Positions 10,506-21,197 of a stretch of 64,000 bases of DNA are shown here, in pieces. The position numbers and the translations under genes were made by a program. The notes beneath the pieces were generated by a model. The model was not told where the DNA came from, searched no databases, and saw only the letters and a program-made list of their open reading frames with translations. The number at the start of each line of letters is the position of its first letter. Position 1 is the first letter of the stretch. The stretch is from positions 81,219-145,218 of the forward strand of contig CAVOTX010000004.1 in assembly GCA_963699445.1 (NCBI GenBank). The letters are read 5' to 3'. This DNA comes from an uncultured Planctomycetia bacterium. Lineage in GTDB: Bacteria; Planctomycetota; Planctomycetia; Pirellulales; PALSA-1355.

Positions 10506-12722
10506 CTAGAGCCGGAAGCGAAACGTGCCGGCAAGAAGTCGCATCAGGCGACGACCGAGCGATTGGGGATCGGCCAGGATCTTTGCCTGCGCCGTGGCGC
10601 CGGACGCAAGCGGCGGATGTTCGAGTTCGAGCGCTACCCGGGCCTGATAGCAAGTTCGCAGCGGGGTGTGCAGGCCGGCGGCGTCGTGGCGTGTCGGCAA
10701 TTGTCCCTGTTCGATCAGTTCGGGTGGTGCTTCGGCCAGATCGATTTGGGCCAGCTCCGAGACGACCCCCTCCAACTGCCAGGTCGGCAATTGATCGAGC
10801 AGTAAGAGCACTTTCTGGCCGGCGCGGACGAATTCGACCTGGTCTTCATCGACGAGCAACAGCGCCTCGAGTCTCTGCGGATCGCCGACCAGGCACAACA
10901 GGGTGCCGGTTTGCAGGAAACACCCGCGATTGTCCTCGTCCAAGGGATGGCCGCTCCAGGTGGCCAGTTCTCCGTGGGCCGCCTGCGCCGGGTGGATTCG
11001 CGGCGGCAGGACGGTTCCTCGGCAGGGGGCGAGAATGGTCAAGCGCTCGCGTTCGGCCAGGCGCTGTTCGAGTCGCCGCTCGAGATCCGCGAGTGCCGCC
11101 TCGGCGGTCGGGATTTCGGCGCCGGCCTGCGGCGCGTCGACCTGCTGTCGCTTGAGATTGGCCAACCTGGTTTGCTGCTGATTGCGCTCGCCACGGAGCC
11201 TGGCAATTTCCAAGTCCATCTCCAAATTGGCGAGTTGCGCGAAGGGCTGATCGGCTTGGACCTGTGCGGCGGCATCGACGGAACTGGCCAACCTGCCGGG
11301 CACCGAGACGTAAACGCGCCGTGCGCCCGCCGATTCGACCAGCGCCGGAACGCGGATCCGATGCGGCAGCGGCAGATGCCACAAGCCAAAGCCGCACAGC
11401 AGCAACAATCCGCACGCCACGACCAACCGCGGCCAGTGCAACCGGCCGCCAGCCAGCGGGCGACGGGCATAATGCAACACTTGCCGCCAGGGATTGACCA
11501 ATAAGGCCGCCGTCATGACGCCCGCCAGGATCACGGCAAACAGCTCGAGCCGATACGGCTTGAGGGCCTGGTAGCAAAACCAGGCAATGGCCAGCGACGC
11601 AAACCAACGGTAGGCCAGCGACGCCAGGGCATACACGACCAGCCAGCCGCCGGACTTTTCCGACAGCAAGTCGCCCTGCGGCAATTTCTGAACCAGAAAC
11701 GGGCCCACCACGAAGCGCCGCACGCTGCCGCAGACCGCTCGTGCAGATTCGGAATCTCCAACAGATCGGACAGCAGGTAGTAGCCGTCGTAACGCAACAG
11801 CGGGTTGCCGTTGAACAACAGCGTGCTGAGCGAACAGACGATCATCAGATTGAAACAGATGGAATTGAACCAGCCCGGCACGCTGAACCACCACAGCAAT
11901 GTGCAGGCCGCCGCCAGCACGAACTCGACGAACATTCCGGCCACGTCGACGGCGACCCGCCGCCAGCGACTGCCGAACATCCAGGCATCGGACACGTTGC
12001 AATACAAGCAAGGCAGGAATACGAGCAGCAGAATTCCTAATTCGTGGCACTGGCCGCCGAAGTGCCGGCAGGCCAGGGCGTGCGCCAGCTCGTGAAGCGT
12101 TTTCGCCACGACGACCGATAGCGCCAGCCAGCCGGCGTTGCGGAGGCTGAAGAACGCCTGAAATTCGGGCAATCGCAGCGCCACCTGGTCGGCCTGCACA
12201 GCCAGCAGCCCCAGTGCAAACAGCATGGCGCCGAGTGCCGCGCCCACCGCCCAGGGTGAAAACATCCAGCGGCAATACGGATACACCGCGTCCAACAAGG
12301 GTTGCGGATCGACGCCGCGCGAGCGCAGAGCCAGCAGGTTGGTCCAACCCCAGATGTGCCGTTCGCGCCGACGCCCTGCCCTGCGCTTGAGCGTTTGCAC
12401 GGCCTGGCCCGGCGAATCGCAGATCAACAGACCCTCTGCGTGCAGCCGGGCGATGAACGACATGAGTTGTCCGGCGCCAACCCGGCGCGGGGCAAACTGC
12501 CGCTCGCAGTGCGCTGGATGCGTTCGACACTCGTTTGTCCGTCCAACTCGCCGAGCACGAAGAACTCTTCCCGGCTCAGCTCGAAATGCCGTTGCGAGAG
12601 TGGGTCTTTGATCCGCCAGTACTGCCCGTCGCCTGAGCCAAAGGCGCGGCATTCGAGATCCGGCCGCTTGCGCAGCGGAACTCGCGCTCAGCGGCGGACG
12701 CAAGCAGAGTGGCTGTTGCCAT
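10506..12722 (-). CDS. Fusion protein: PqqD/RRE-like N-domain, M50 site-2 metalloprotease and C-terminal HlyD-type membrane-fusion domain
   Basis: N-terminus reads VPLRKRPDLECRAFGSGDGQYWRIKDPLSQRHFELSREEFFVLGELDGQTSVERIQ..ERQFAPRRVGAGQLMSFIARLHAEGLL. M50 motifs are HELAHALACRHFGG and NGNPLLRYDGYY. The C-terminus has a coiled coil plus a beta-barrel-like part (ANLEMDLEIARLRGERNQQQTRLANLK...ILAPCRGTVL). At least 3 frame breaks (~12680, ~12510, ~11730). Confidence 0.8.
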
Positions 12723-12737
12723 GGGGGAGGCGCGGGC

Positions 12738-13643
12738 TCAGGGTTGTCGCGGGGAGAATGGCTCGATGGTCATTTCCGCCGCCACGCCCGGGCGCAGCAG
12801 CAGGTCCTGGTTCTCCAGTTCGGCCCAGACCCGAATCTGACCGTTCACCGGATTCACTTCCGGACTGACGAACACGAGCTTGCCGGTGAATGCGGCCTTC
12901 GGCCGCTCGGGCAGGTCGACGCGCACGGTGACGGGTCGGCCGACGGCGCTCGCGTCGAGCTGCTTGGCGCTGACGAAGCCTTCGGCGCCAAGCGGTCGAG
13001 GCGCAGCACGCGGACGACACTCTCGCCGGCTTGCACCCACTCGCCGCGGCGGCGTTTGATCTGCACGACCATGCCGTCCAAGGGCGACGAGCAGCCGGCG
13101 GCGCTCGACGTCGAGAGCGGCGGCGGCCAGTTCGCTGTTCTTGAGCTCGGTGGTGAGCTTGGCAACGGTCAGATTGTGCTCCGCTTGCTCGACCTCGAGC
13201 GCGGCCTGTTCGGCTGCCAGACGCAGTTGATCGATTTCGGACCCTGTCACGCTCTTGCGGTATTTTTCGATCGACGCGTTCGCTCGCTGGAACTCGACTT
13301 TGGCAGTCGCCAGCGCGTCCTTGGCATAACGGACTTTGACGGTGTTCGAGTCTTCTTTGGCGGCGATGTCGTACTCGGTCTGGGCGCGGCGTTTGGCGAT
13401 CTGCGCGGCGGCATCGTCGACCTGGGCCAGCAGATCGCCGACCGAGACCATTTGCCCCTCGCGAACCGCAATCTTCGCGAGCATGCCCGGCTCCGGCGCG
13501 GCCACTTCGGCCTGGTCGATCAAGCTGATCAGCACCGAATCGGCTTTGACCGCCTTGTCCGCCTTTTCAGGATGCTCGCCCGCGGCGCCTGCACCCAATG
13601 CCAAAGTCGACAGCAGGATCAAGCTCGTCCCGATGGCGTTCAT
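12738..13643 (-). CDS. Periplasmic adaptor (membrane-fusion protein, HlyD/RND-MFP type)
   Basis: Starts MNAIGTSLILLSTLALGAGAAG. Lipoyl-like hairpin AAPEPGMLAKIAVREGQMVSVGDLLAQVDD, a coiled coil, a second lipoyl half SSPLDGMVVQIKRRRGEWVQAGESVVRV (visible in an alternative frame), and VFVSPEVNPVNGQIRVWAEL. Two frame breaks near 13080-12960. Confidence 0.8.
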   Translation of the reverse strand: MNAIGTSLILLSTLALGAGAAGEHPEKADKAVKADSVLISLIDQAEVAAPEPGMLAKIAVREGQMVSVGDLLAQVDDAAAQIAKRRAQTEYDIAAKEDSNTVKVRYAKDALATAKVEFQRANASIEKYRKSVTGSEIDQLRLAAEQAALEVEQAEHNLTVAKLTTELKNSELAAAALDVERRRLLVALGRHGRADQTPPRRVGASRRECRPRAAPRPLGAEGFVSAKQLDASAVGRPVTVRVDLPERPKAAFTGKLVFVSPEVNPVNGQIRVWAELENQDLLLRPGVAAEMTIEPFSPRQP

Positions 13644-13684
13644 AGATACGGTGCTCCCGGAAAAATGTTTTAAGCTCGGCAAAG

Positions 13685-15803
13685 TCAGAATAGCAACCGC
13701 CGGCGGACCAGCGAAATCAGATCGTGGAACCAAACGTAACCGATCGCCCGGCGGCCGCATCGAATCTTGCCGATCACGCTGGCGCCGGGCCGCAGCCCGC
13801 TGACGCTCTCGCGATCGATGGCCACGGTGACCAACACGTGCGCACCGTAGACCTCGTCGATTTGTGCCGCCAGCGCCGTCTTTTCGATGCGTCCCCGATA
13901 CGTCTGGCCCGGATCGGTCGCCAGCAAGAAGTCGACCTCCAACCGGGAATCCTGCGCCTGCTCGGCCTGGAGCACGTAACCGGCATGATCGTCCGGCAGC
14001 CGCAGCTCCAATTGCCAGGGGCCGGCCAGATCGCCGACCGCGAGCAACACTTGCCCCCGTTGCACGGGCCGACTTTCGAGCAGTTGTTGCACGTCCCAAG
14101 TCAAGACTTGTCCGTCGATGGGACTGGTCACCTCCAACTCGGCCTGCTGGCGGCGGAGAATCTGCTCCTGGTCGGACAAGCTCGCCAGCAGTTCCTTGAG
14201 TTCTTCTTCTTCAGCGGTGAGTTGGTTGTAGCGCTGGGGCGTATCGGTCTTGCCACGCTCAGGTCCCAGTCGCTCGGCCTGCACGCCGGCCAATCGCTTG
14301 CGTGCCGTTTGCGTCTCGCCCAGCACGCGGTGCAGTTCAAAATCGAGCTGCGGCCGGCGGAGAGTTATCAGCACCTCGCCCGCCCTGACATTGCCCCGAT
14401 CGGCAACGTGAATTTCGCTGACGATCGAGTCGCTCGGCGCGAACACATCTCGCCGCGTGCGGGGTTGTAGTTCGCCGCGGGCCTCGATCGAAAAATCGGC
14501 CGGGTAGAAAGTCAATAGCGCCGCAGCCAGCAACACCGCCAGCCCGCAGGCCAGCGTCTTGGGCAATTGCCTGGCCTTGGTCAGCCACTTCAAGCCCAAC
14601 AGGCCGCGTTCCAATTTCAACAAGGGCAACGATTCGTATTCAACGGCGTTGGCCAGTGCCGAGGCCGCATGGCGGCTGACCGCTTCGGTGCGCGCGACCA
14701 GCGCCGGATCCACGGACGCCGCGTGAAACTGCTCGACGAACAACAGTCCGATCGGTTCCGACCCGCTCGCCGGCTCTCCATCGGGCGGCCGCTTGACCAG
14801 CGGAATCGCGCCGAACACGCGGGCGTGCGACTCGTCCAGGCAGGCATCCAAAGCCTGCTCCAACGCGGGGGCCAATGTCTCGCGGGCCGCCGGGTACCAA
14901 AGCGTCTCGCCGAAGATCAGCACCCGCCGGCCAAGCTCCTCCAGCCGCTGCACGAGATTGCTGCGCCGCTCGACGTCATCGGCCCCGCTGACCGCCGTCA
15001 GCCGGCACTTGCCCGAGCGCCAGACTGCCAGGCTCAACCGATCGCAACCGATCAGCCGCCGCCCTTCATTGACAATCGCATGAGCCGTGGATGCCAGTTC
15101 CAGACGACCGTGAACGGCCTCGATGAATTGCTGGAGCCCGCGCCACTGTCCTTCGCGAACGGCGAAATCGCGGAGCCGGCCGTGCCGCTGAAAGTCGGCG
15201 GCCAATTCACCCAGCGCCGCCAGTAGCGGCAAGACTTTGCGCTCGGAAAGAACGGTGCCGTCCGCGCGATGGCACAGCTCGATTGCTCCGATCGATTCGG
15301 CTCCCAGTCGCACAGGCGAAAACAACAGCAGCCCGTGTGACGGATTATCCGTCCGCGCGGAACGGTCCGCCGCATCGGAGGCGGCGCCCGGCGGAATCAT
15401 CGACCGCGGATCCAGTCGACATGGCTCGCCCCGAGCGCAGACCGACTGCAGCAATTGCTGATGGTGCGCGGGTCGCTTCGGCGGATGCATCGAACCCCGT
15501 CGCGGCGAAGTTCCAATCGGCTTCGCGCAGCAGTTCGCCGTCCGGCGAACGCAGCCAGACCGCGCCGGCGAAGTGCGCCAGCGCAGCGGCTGCTTTTTCG
15601 ATCAGCGCCGTGTGAAAATCGTGACTGGAAATATTGGACGTGGAAAGCTCGGCGATCTCCTCCAGCGCAGCCTGAATTTCGTGCCAGAGCGGCTCGCTGC
15701 TCGACACGTCGCTGGAGGCAATCTCGCGGACCATGACTTGCTCTGCGGTCACTTGTTCGATGAGCGCTGGCTCGACTGGCAAGCCATTTGGGCACCCGGG
15801 CAA
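13685..15803 (-). CDS. Two GAF-like cytoplasmic domains, a TM helix and a HlyD-type membrane-fusion domain
   Basis: ORF 13685..15490 plus the upstream frame 15345..15803, with one break near ~15470. GAF-like blocks include IVNEGRRLIGCDRLSLAVWRSGKCRLTAVSG...IGLLFVEQF...ALANA. TM helix LACGLAVLLAAALLTFY. HlyD part IVSEIHVADRGNVRAGEVLITL, a coiled coil, and SPIDGQVLTWDV. Confidence 0.75.
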
Positions 15804-15958
15804 TGCGCACTCGGTTGCCAGCGGCGGGCGTTCCCCGTGCTAGCGCTGCTCAGCCGCCGACGCTGCCTCTCAGTATAAGCTGCCGCCCCGGCGCGTCCGC
15901 ATTCGGCGGCCTGCCAGCAGGCTTGGGTCTAGCCAGGGCATCCAACCCGGAGGAATGG

Positions 15959-16039
15959 ATGAATTGGGGGGCATTTTCGTCGTATCAGGGCCGGGCGGAC
16001 TGGGAGAAGTTTGTCGGTCATAGCGACTTTGACGAGTGA
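15959..16039 (+). CDS. Candidate 26-aa small ORF (MNWGAFSSYQGRADWEKFVGHSDFDE) in the divergent intergenic region
   Basis: GGAGG at 15949-15953 lies 5 nt upstream of ATG 15959. The aromatic/acidic composition contrasts with the Arg/Ala/Pro-rich noncoding frames around it. The stop is at 16037-16039. Confidence 0.3.
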   Translation: MNWGAFSSYQGRADWEKFVGHSDFDE

Positions 16040-16161
16040 TTCGCTCGACTTTTTGCCGATCTATACCCCACCGTGGAAGGTTTTTCCTCGGGCGTGGTTC
16101 GGTATTTGGCGTGTGCCCGAACTCGTTTGGTGCCCACTGGAACAAGGAGACTGTCTAGGCC

Positions 16162-18323
16162 ATGTGTCGCGTGCGGGTGTGGACGATTGCAGGAACTGCC
16201 GCAGCACTGTTGCTGGCCGGCTGCAACTTGCCGCACGCCGAACCTGGCCGATCCGGAACTGGGCACTACAAGACCACGGCAACCGGGCTCGACTATCCCG
16301 ACGCCAAAGCGCCGCCGCCGGCACCGCTTGTGGAGATGCGTTCGCCGCTGGAAACGGGCCGCGATGCGCCCCTGAGTATTGGGAGCTGTCGCTGCTCGAA
16401 GCCATGCGCCTGGCGCTGGTCAACTCCAAAGTCCTCACGGAAATCGGCGGACAGGTGCTGCAGTCGCCGGCCAACGTGCGGACGACGCACGGGCCGGCGA
16501 TCACCGAAACCGACCCGCGGTTCGGCGTCGAGGCCACGCAGGCCGCGTTTGACCCGGTCTTTTCGGCCTCGTCGAATTTCAACAAGAACCATTACGCCAT
16601 CAACAACATCTTCTTCGGCGGCGGCACGCGCGTCGTGGAACAGGATACCGCGGACTTCTCAACCGAGCTCACCAAGCGCACCGCCACCGGCGGCACATTT
16701 TCATTGAGCAACAACACGGATTACGACGCCAACAACACGCCGGGCAATTTGTTTCCGCACGCCTGGAATACGGTCAATCAAGCGACGTTCCGGCAACCCT
16801 TGCTCCAGGGAGCCGGCGCGGAGTTCAATCGGATTTACGGACCGCCCAACGTGCCGGGCGTGTTCAGCGGCGTGCCCGGCTATGCCAACGGCGTGATGGT
16901 GGCCCGCATCAACACGGACATCAGCTTGACCGAACTCGAGACCGGCCTGCGCGACCTGGTGAGCAACGTGGAGAACGCCTACTGGGACTTGTACTTCGCC
17001 TATCGCGACCTGGATGCCAAGATCGCCGCCCGGGATAGCGCTTTGGAAACCTGGCGCCGCGTCCACGCCCTGTTCGTCAGCGGCCGCCGGGGGGGCGAAG
17101 CCGAAAAGGAAGCCGAAGCCCGCGAGCAGTACTTTCGCTTCCAGGAAGAAACCCAGGTCGCCTGGTACGGCCGGCTGGTGCAGGGCACGACCGTGTTCAA
17201 CGGCAGCGGCGGCGGCAGCTGCGCGGGGCTGAGTGGCGTGCGCGTGGCCGAGGCGCCGGCTGCGCATGCTGATGGCGATTCCGATCAACGATTGCAAGCT
17301 CATTCGTCCGTGTGACGAGCCGCGCCGGGCAAAAGTGATTTTCGATTGGAAGGAAATCCTCAAAGAGGCGCTGGTACGGCGCGTCGAGCTGCGCCGGCAG
17401 AAATGGGTGATCAAGCGGCGCGAGCTGGAATTGATCGGCAGCCGGAATTTTCTGCTCCCCAACCTCGATACCCTGGGCTACTACCGCTTCCGCGGCTTCG
17501 GCGAGAACCTCGTCGACTTCAACAACGACATCAACGTCAACCGCTACGACAACGCGCTGCAAAACTTGTACAGCGGACAGTTCCAGGAATGGCAAGCCGG
17601 GTTTCAATTTTCGGCCCCGCTCGGTTTCCGCCGCGGCCATGCCGCGGTGCGCAACGCCGAACTGCAACTGGCGCGGGAACGGGCCATCTTGGTGCAGCAG
17701 GAACGCGAAATCTCGCTGGCCCTGAGCAATGCTCTATGCGAAGTCGAACGCGCTTACGACTGCACCTGGACCAGCTACAACCGCCGCGTGGCCGCCCGGC
17801 AGCACCTGGCCGCCGTGGCGCCGCGTTCGAGTCCGACAAGGCGCAGTCCGAGCTGGTGCTTGACTCCCAGCGTCGGCTGGCCGAGGCCGAGATCCGCTAT
17901 TTCGGCTCGCTGACCGAATACGCGCTGTCGATCAAGAACGTCCACTTCGAAAAAGGCTCGCTGCTCGACTACAACGACGTGTATCTGGCCGAAGGCCCGT
18001 GGCCCGGCAAGGCCTATGACGACGCGGCCGAGCGGACCGCCCTGCGCCGCCCCGAACGCGAACTGAACTACCGCTTCCTGCGGCAGCCGCTCCAGGTGAG
18101 CGAGGGCAGCTACCAGCAGATCACGCCCCCCTCGGTCCAGCCGCGGGAATTGAACGCGCCCATTCCGCCCGCCGGCCCGCCCGCCGCCGCTGGCCAGGCC
18201 CTGCCGGAAAACATTCCGGCGCCGGTCGCGCCCTGGACGGAACCGCTGCCCCTGCCGGAACTGCCGCAATTGCCACCGCCGCCGCAGCAAGACTTGTCGC
18301 CGTTTCCGGCACGGCCGCTGTGA
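16162..18323 (+). CDS. TolC-family outer-membrane efflux protein, lipoprotein form
   Basis: AAGGAG lies 12 nt upstream of the ATG. Lipobox AALLLAGC. OEP-like segments LSLLEAMRLALVNSKVL, ENAYWDLYFAYRDLDA, ERRLRMLMAIPINDCKLIRPCDEP and LQLARERAILVQQEREISLAL. At least 3 frame breaks (~16370, ~17255, ~17815). Confidence 0.8.
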
Positions 18324-18325
18324 GT

Positions 18326-18376
18326 GGAAGGATGAAGGCGGCCTGCGGCGGGCTCCGCCGAGCGGAAGGATGAAGG
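18326..18376. repeat. Two direct copies of GGAAGGATGAAGG flanking a small CGGCGG-gct-CCGCCG hairpin
   Basis: Exact 13-mers at 18326-18338 and 18364-18376, with the hairpin at 18346-18360. The element lies between convergent gene ends at 18323 and 18409. Confidence 0.5.
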
Positions 18377-18408
18377 ATGAAAAAACGCGCGTCTTTGTGG
18401 CGGCGTTT

Positions 18409-20224
18409 CTAACCCGTTGTGAGCGGGTCTTCCGGGACAAGGCCATCCCGGGCCGTGGATTGCGGCACAACAATCTCCGGCACTGAGGCTTCCGGCACGG
18501 CGATTTCCGGCACAGGCTCGTTTAGCGACCGCCACGATTTCAGCAGCGTCTGGCTGATGTCCTTGCTGCCCATTCTCCCGGCCAAGCGGTCGAAATGCGC
18601 GGCGATCCAAAGGATCGTGATTCCCGTGGCAAACAGATATAGGCCGACTCTCGACGCGACAAAAACCACTCCGAAGACCAGGCCCGACAAATCGGCAGTC
18701 GCGGAGAACCCTTGCAACGACGACGAGGTCGTCAGCGCATGCGTCGCCCAAGCCAGCATGCAAAGCACGAGCACGACGATCGACAGCAGCCAGGCCAGCA
18801 CCGCTGAGATCACCGCCGCCGCCATCCACACCGCGACGATGGCCGCCATGCCGCGGGTCGTCTGGGCACCGCTCAACGACAGGCCGACTCCCACACCGGC
18901 GGCCGCCATGAAAGCTCCGCCGGCCGCCAGCATCACCAAATTGTTCAGATACGTGGGAACCGCCATTCCGCCCGCCAACACGGCCGCCGTCCAAGCCAGG
19001 ATCATGGCGGCCAAGAGCCAGCGCAGGGCGAACAGACTGCCCCAGGTCTTGGCAACGATGATTTCCCTGCCCTCCAACGGGCTGGCCAGGATGGCGTCCC
19101 AGGTCGATCGCTGGCGCTCGGTGCCAATCACTCCCAGGGCGGCGCAAGCCAATCATCCATTGCGCAAGCCAGACGAGCAGCATCGCCGATCCGCCAATCG
19201 TGGCGGCGATCGCCTCGCACCACGGCGCCGCCTGGACGTCGGCGGTGGCAAATCGCCAGGCGAGCGCGGCCAGGATCGACAATCCGCCGCCGGCCAGTAG
19301 CGCCACAAACAGCCTGGTCAGCCACAGGCCGAATGCGCCGAACGTGCCCGCACTATCGAGGTAAAGCTCCTTCCACAGCATCGGCCGGTCAGCCAGCGGC
19401 GGCACGTGCCGGCGCTGGGTTCGCCTGGCGCTCGACCCGCTGCCGGTTTGTCGGCGGTAAGCCGGACGCAACTGCCAGATTGCCAGCGCCGTGCCGGCCG
19501 CACCCAGGGCCAGCCAGAAGGCGGTGGCCATCGTCGCCGGTCCCGCGGCGCCGACCATCGCCAGCGGATACACCGCAGCGAACGGGTTAAGCGGTCCGAT
19601 CCAGGCGAGCCAACCGGCCCCGCCGAAACTGGCCAGCAGCGCCGCGGTGAGCAACAGGACCTCGATCAGGTAGATCGTCAGCAGAGCATCGCGGCCGCGG
19701 CGGGCCAGCGCCGAGGCGGTCATCGTCAGACCGGCGCTGCCGAAGGCCACCGCCGCAGGCAGTCCGACCAGCAGCAGCGTCTGGATCGCGTCGGCCCGGT
19801 GCAGAGCGGCCAAGAGCACGCACCCCGGCAGACCGGCTGCCACCAGGAAGGCGACTTGAGAAATACAACCGACCAGCCGGCCCAAGACGATGTCGCTCGA
19901 TGTGAGTCGGCTGCTCAATAGCAAGCCGAGCGTGCCGCGGTCTTTTTCGGCGGCGATTGAGCCGGCGATCAGCGCGGGGCTCAAGAGCAGCGCCAGGACG
20001 ATCTGCACCATCTCGACCCAAAACAGGCCGCCGGCCAGCAGGCTGCCCGGCCTGTACGCCGGGTCAAGCAGCGAGAGCAACATCCAAACCCAGACAATCA
20101 CCAGGGCGATGAGAACCGCAGGCAAGCCGGCCAACAGGCGCACCCACAACAGCCAGCGCGGTCGCACGGCGCGCCGGCATTCGATCGTGGCCAGCGGTCC
20201 CAGCAGCGCGTCGAGCGGGTTCAC
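18409..20224 (-). CDS. Tandem-duplicated ABC-2-type transporter permease
   Basis: Two permease halves each carry the conserved post-TM1 motif: AAEKDRGTLGLLLSSRL and GTERQRSTWDAILASPL. The sequence is multi-TM hydrophobic throughout. One frame break near ~19140. The GTG start overlaps the upstream stop (GTGA). Confidence 0.7.
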
Positions 20225-21033
20225 GGCGATTCCGCCGGCGCAGGGCAGACGTTTCGCCGCAGGCCGCTTTGACTTTCGGGCGAGTCAGCACCCAGAGCAC
20301 GACGATCGGATAGATGACGCCGACGAGAATCATCAGCACGGCACCAGCGCTCGATTGCGACACCATAGAACGTGCCCAGGGTCTGTCCGATCGGCGGCAT
20401 GGCGGGCGCACCGGGGCGCTTCGGCATGCTGGCCGTCATTTGTTCCATCATCTGGCTCATTTTCTGCGCATAGATGGGCACGACGACGGCGATCGAGTAT
20501 CCGTAGAGCGTGACCAGCCGGACGATCTTGAGCGCGGCTGTCCAGATGGCCAGCTTGCGGGCCCAGGCTTTGGCGGCCAGCAAGCCAAGTCCGGAAACGA
20601 ACAAGAGAATGTTGAGCACAAGCGCGGTAATGAGATCGGTCCACATGAAGCCGATGATTTGCGGGTCGCGATAGGCGGCCATCATGTCGAACTTCGGAAA
20701 TTCGACGGGCTCCTGCTGCTGGAGTTCGTCGATTTCCGCTTCGATTCGTGCCCGGTCATCGTCGCTCGTAGTCGCTTCTAGCTCTTCTTTGAGCGAGTCA
20801 ATCTTCTTTTCTCGCTCCTGTTCGGCCTGGGCGCTCATCGCCTCCTGCATCGCGTTCTGATAGCCCTCGGTCATCGGTGCCATCGCCACTTGGAGCAGAA
20901 AGCTGATTCCGGTGCAGGCGCCGCACATGAGCAGCAGACCGGCAAAAACCAGGTTCAGCGTGCCGATCATCTTGTGCGCTGAGGTGGGCGGTTCGGAGGC
21001 CGTGTGGCCGCCCGAGGAAGATTCGATGTCCAT
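20221..21033 (-). CDS. Membrane protein with a central acidic coiled-coil insert
   Basis: Starts MDIESSSGG. TM helices include IGTLNLVFAGLLLMCGACTG and LITALVLNILLFVSGLGLLAA. Coiled coil SAQAEQEREKKIDSLKEELEATTSDDDRARIEAEIDELQQQE. The C-terminal ~60 aa are ambiguous because of frame breaks near 20400. Confidence 0.55.
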   Translation of the reverse strand: MDIESSSGGHTASEPPTSAHKMIGTLNLVFAGLLLMCGACTGISFLLQVAMAPMTEGYQNAMQEAMSAQAEQEREKKIDSLKEELEATTSDDDRARIEAEIDELQQQEPVEFPKFDMMAAYRDPQIIGFMWTDLITALVLNILLFVSGLGLLAAKAWARKLAIWTAALKIVRLVTLYGYSIAVVVPIYAQKMSQMMEQMTASMPKRPGAPAMPPIGQTLGTFYGVAIERWCRADDSRRRHLSDRRALGADSPESQSGLRRNVCPAPAESP

Positions 21034-21197
21034 GTCAGAAAACGCCCCCGGCGTGCATGCGCTGGATCCGGAATGACTTGCGACGGCCGTCATTGTCCCC
21101 TGCGCCAGGGCACGTTGCAACTTGGAGCCCGGGGAGAAAAACGGGCCGGGACTGTGCCGGTTCTTGCGCCGTGCCCGACGGTGTCGTCCCCGGTCGC

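Noticed and set aside
11730-12530. N-terminal ~270 aa of the 674-aa ORF 10506..12530 as real protein
   Set aside because: That part is Arg/Ala/Gly-rich nonsense. The M50 protease motifs are in another frame over the same DNA, so the ORF is only real downstream of ~11730.
17815-17845. GTTCGAGTCC, a tRNA T-arm-like word
   Set aside because: It lies inside the TolC-like coding sequence, and no acceptor, anticodon or D-arm structure can be drawn around it.
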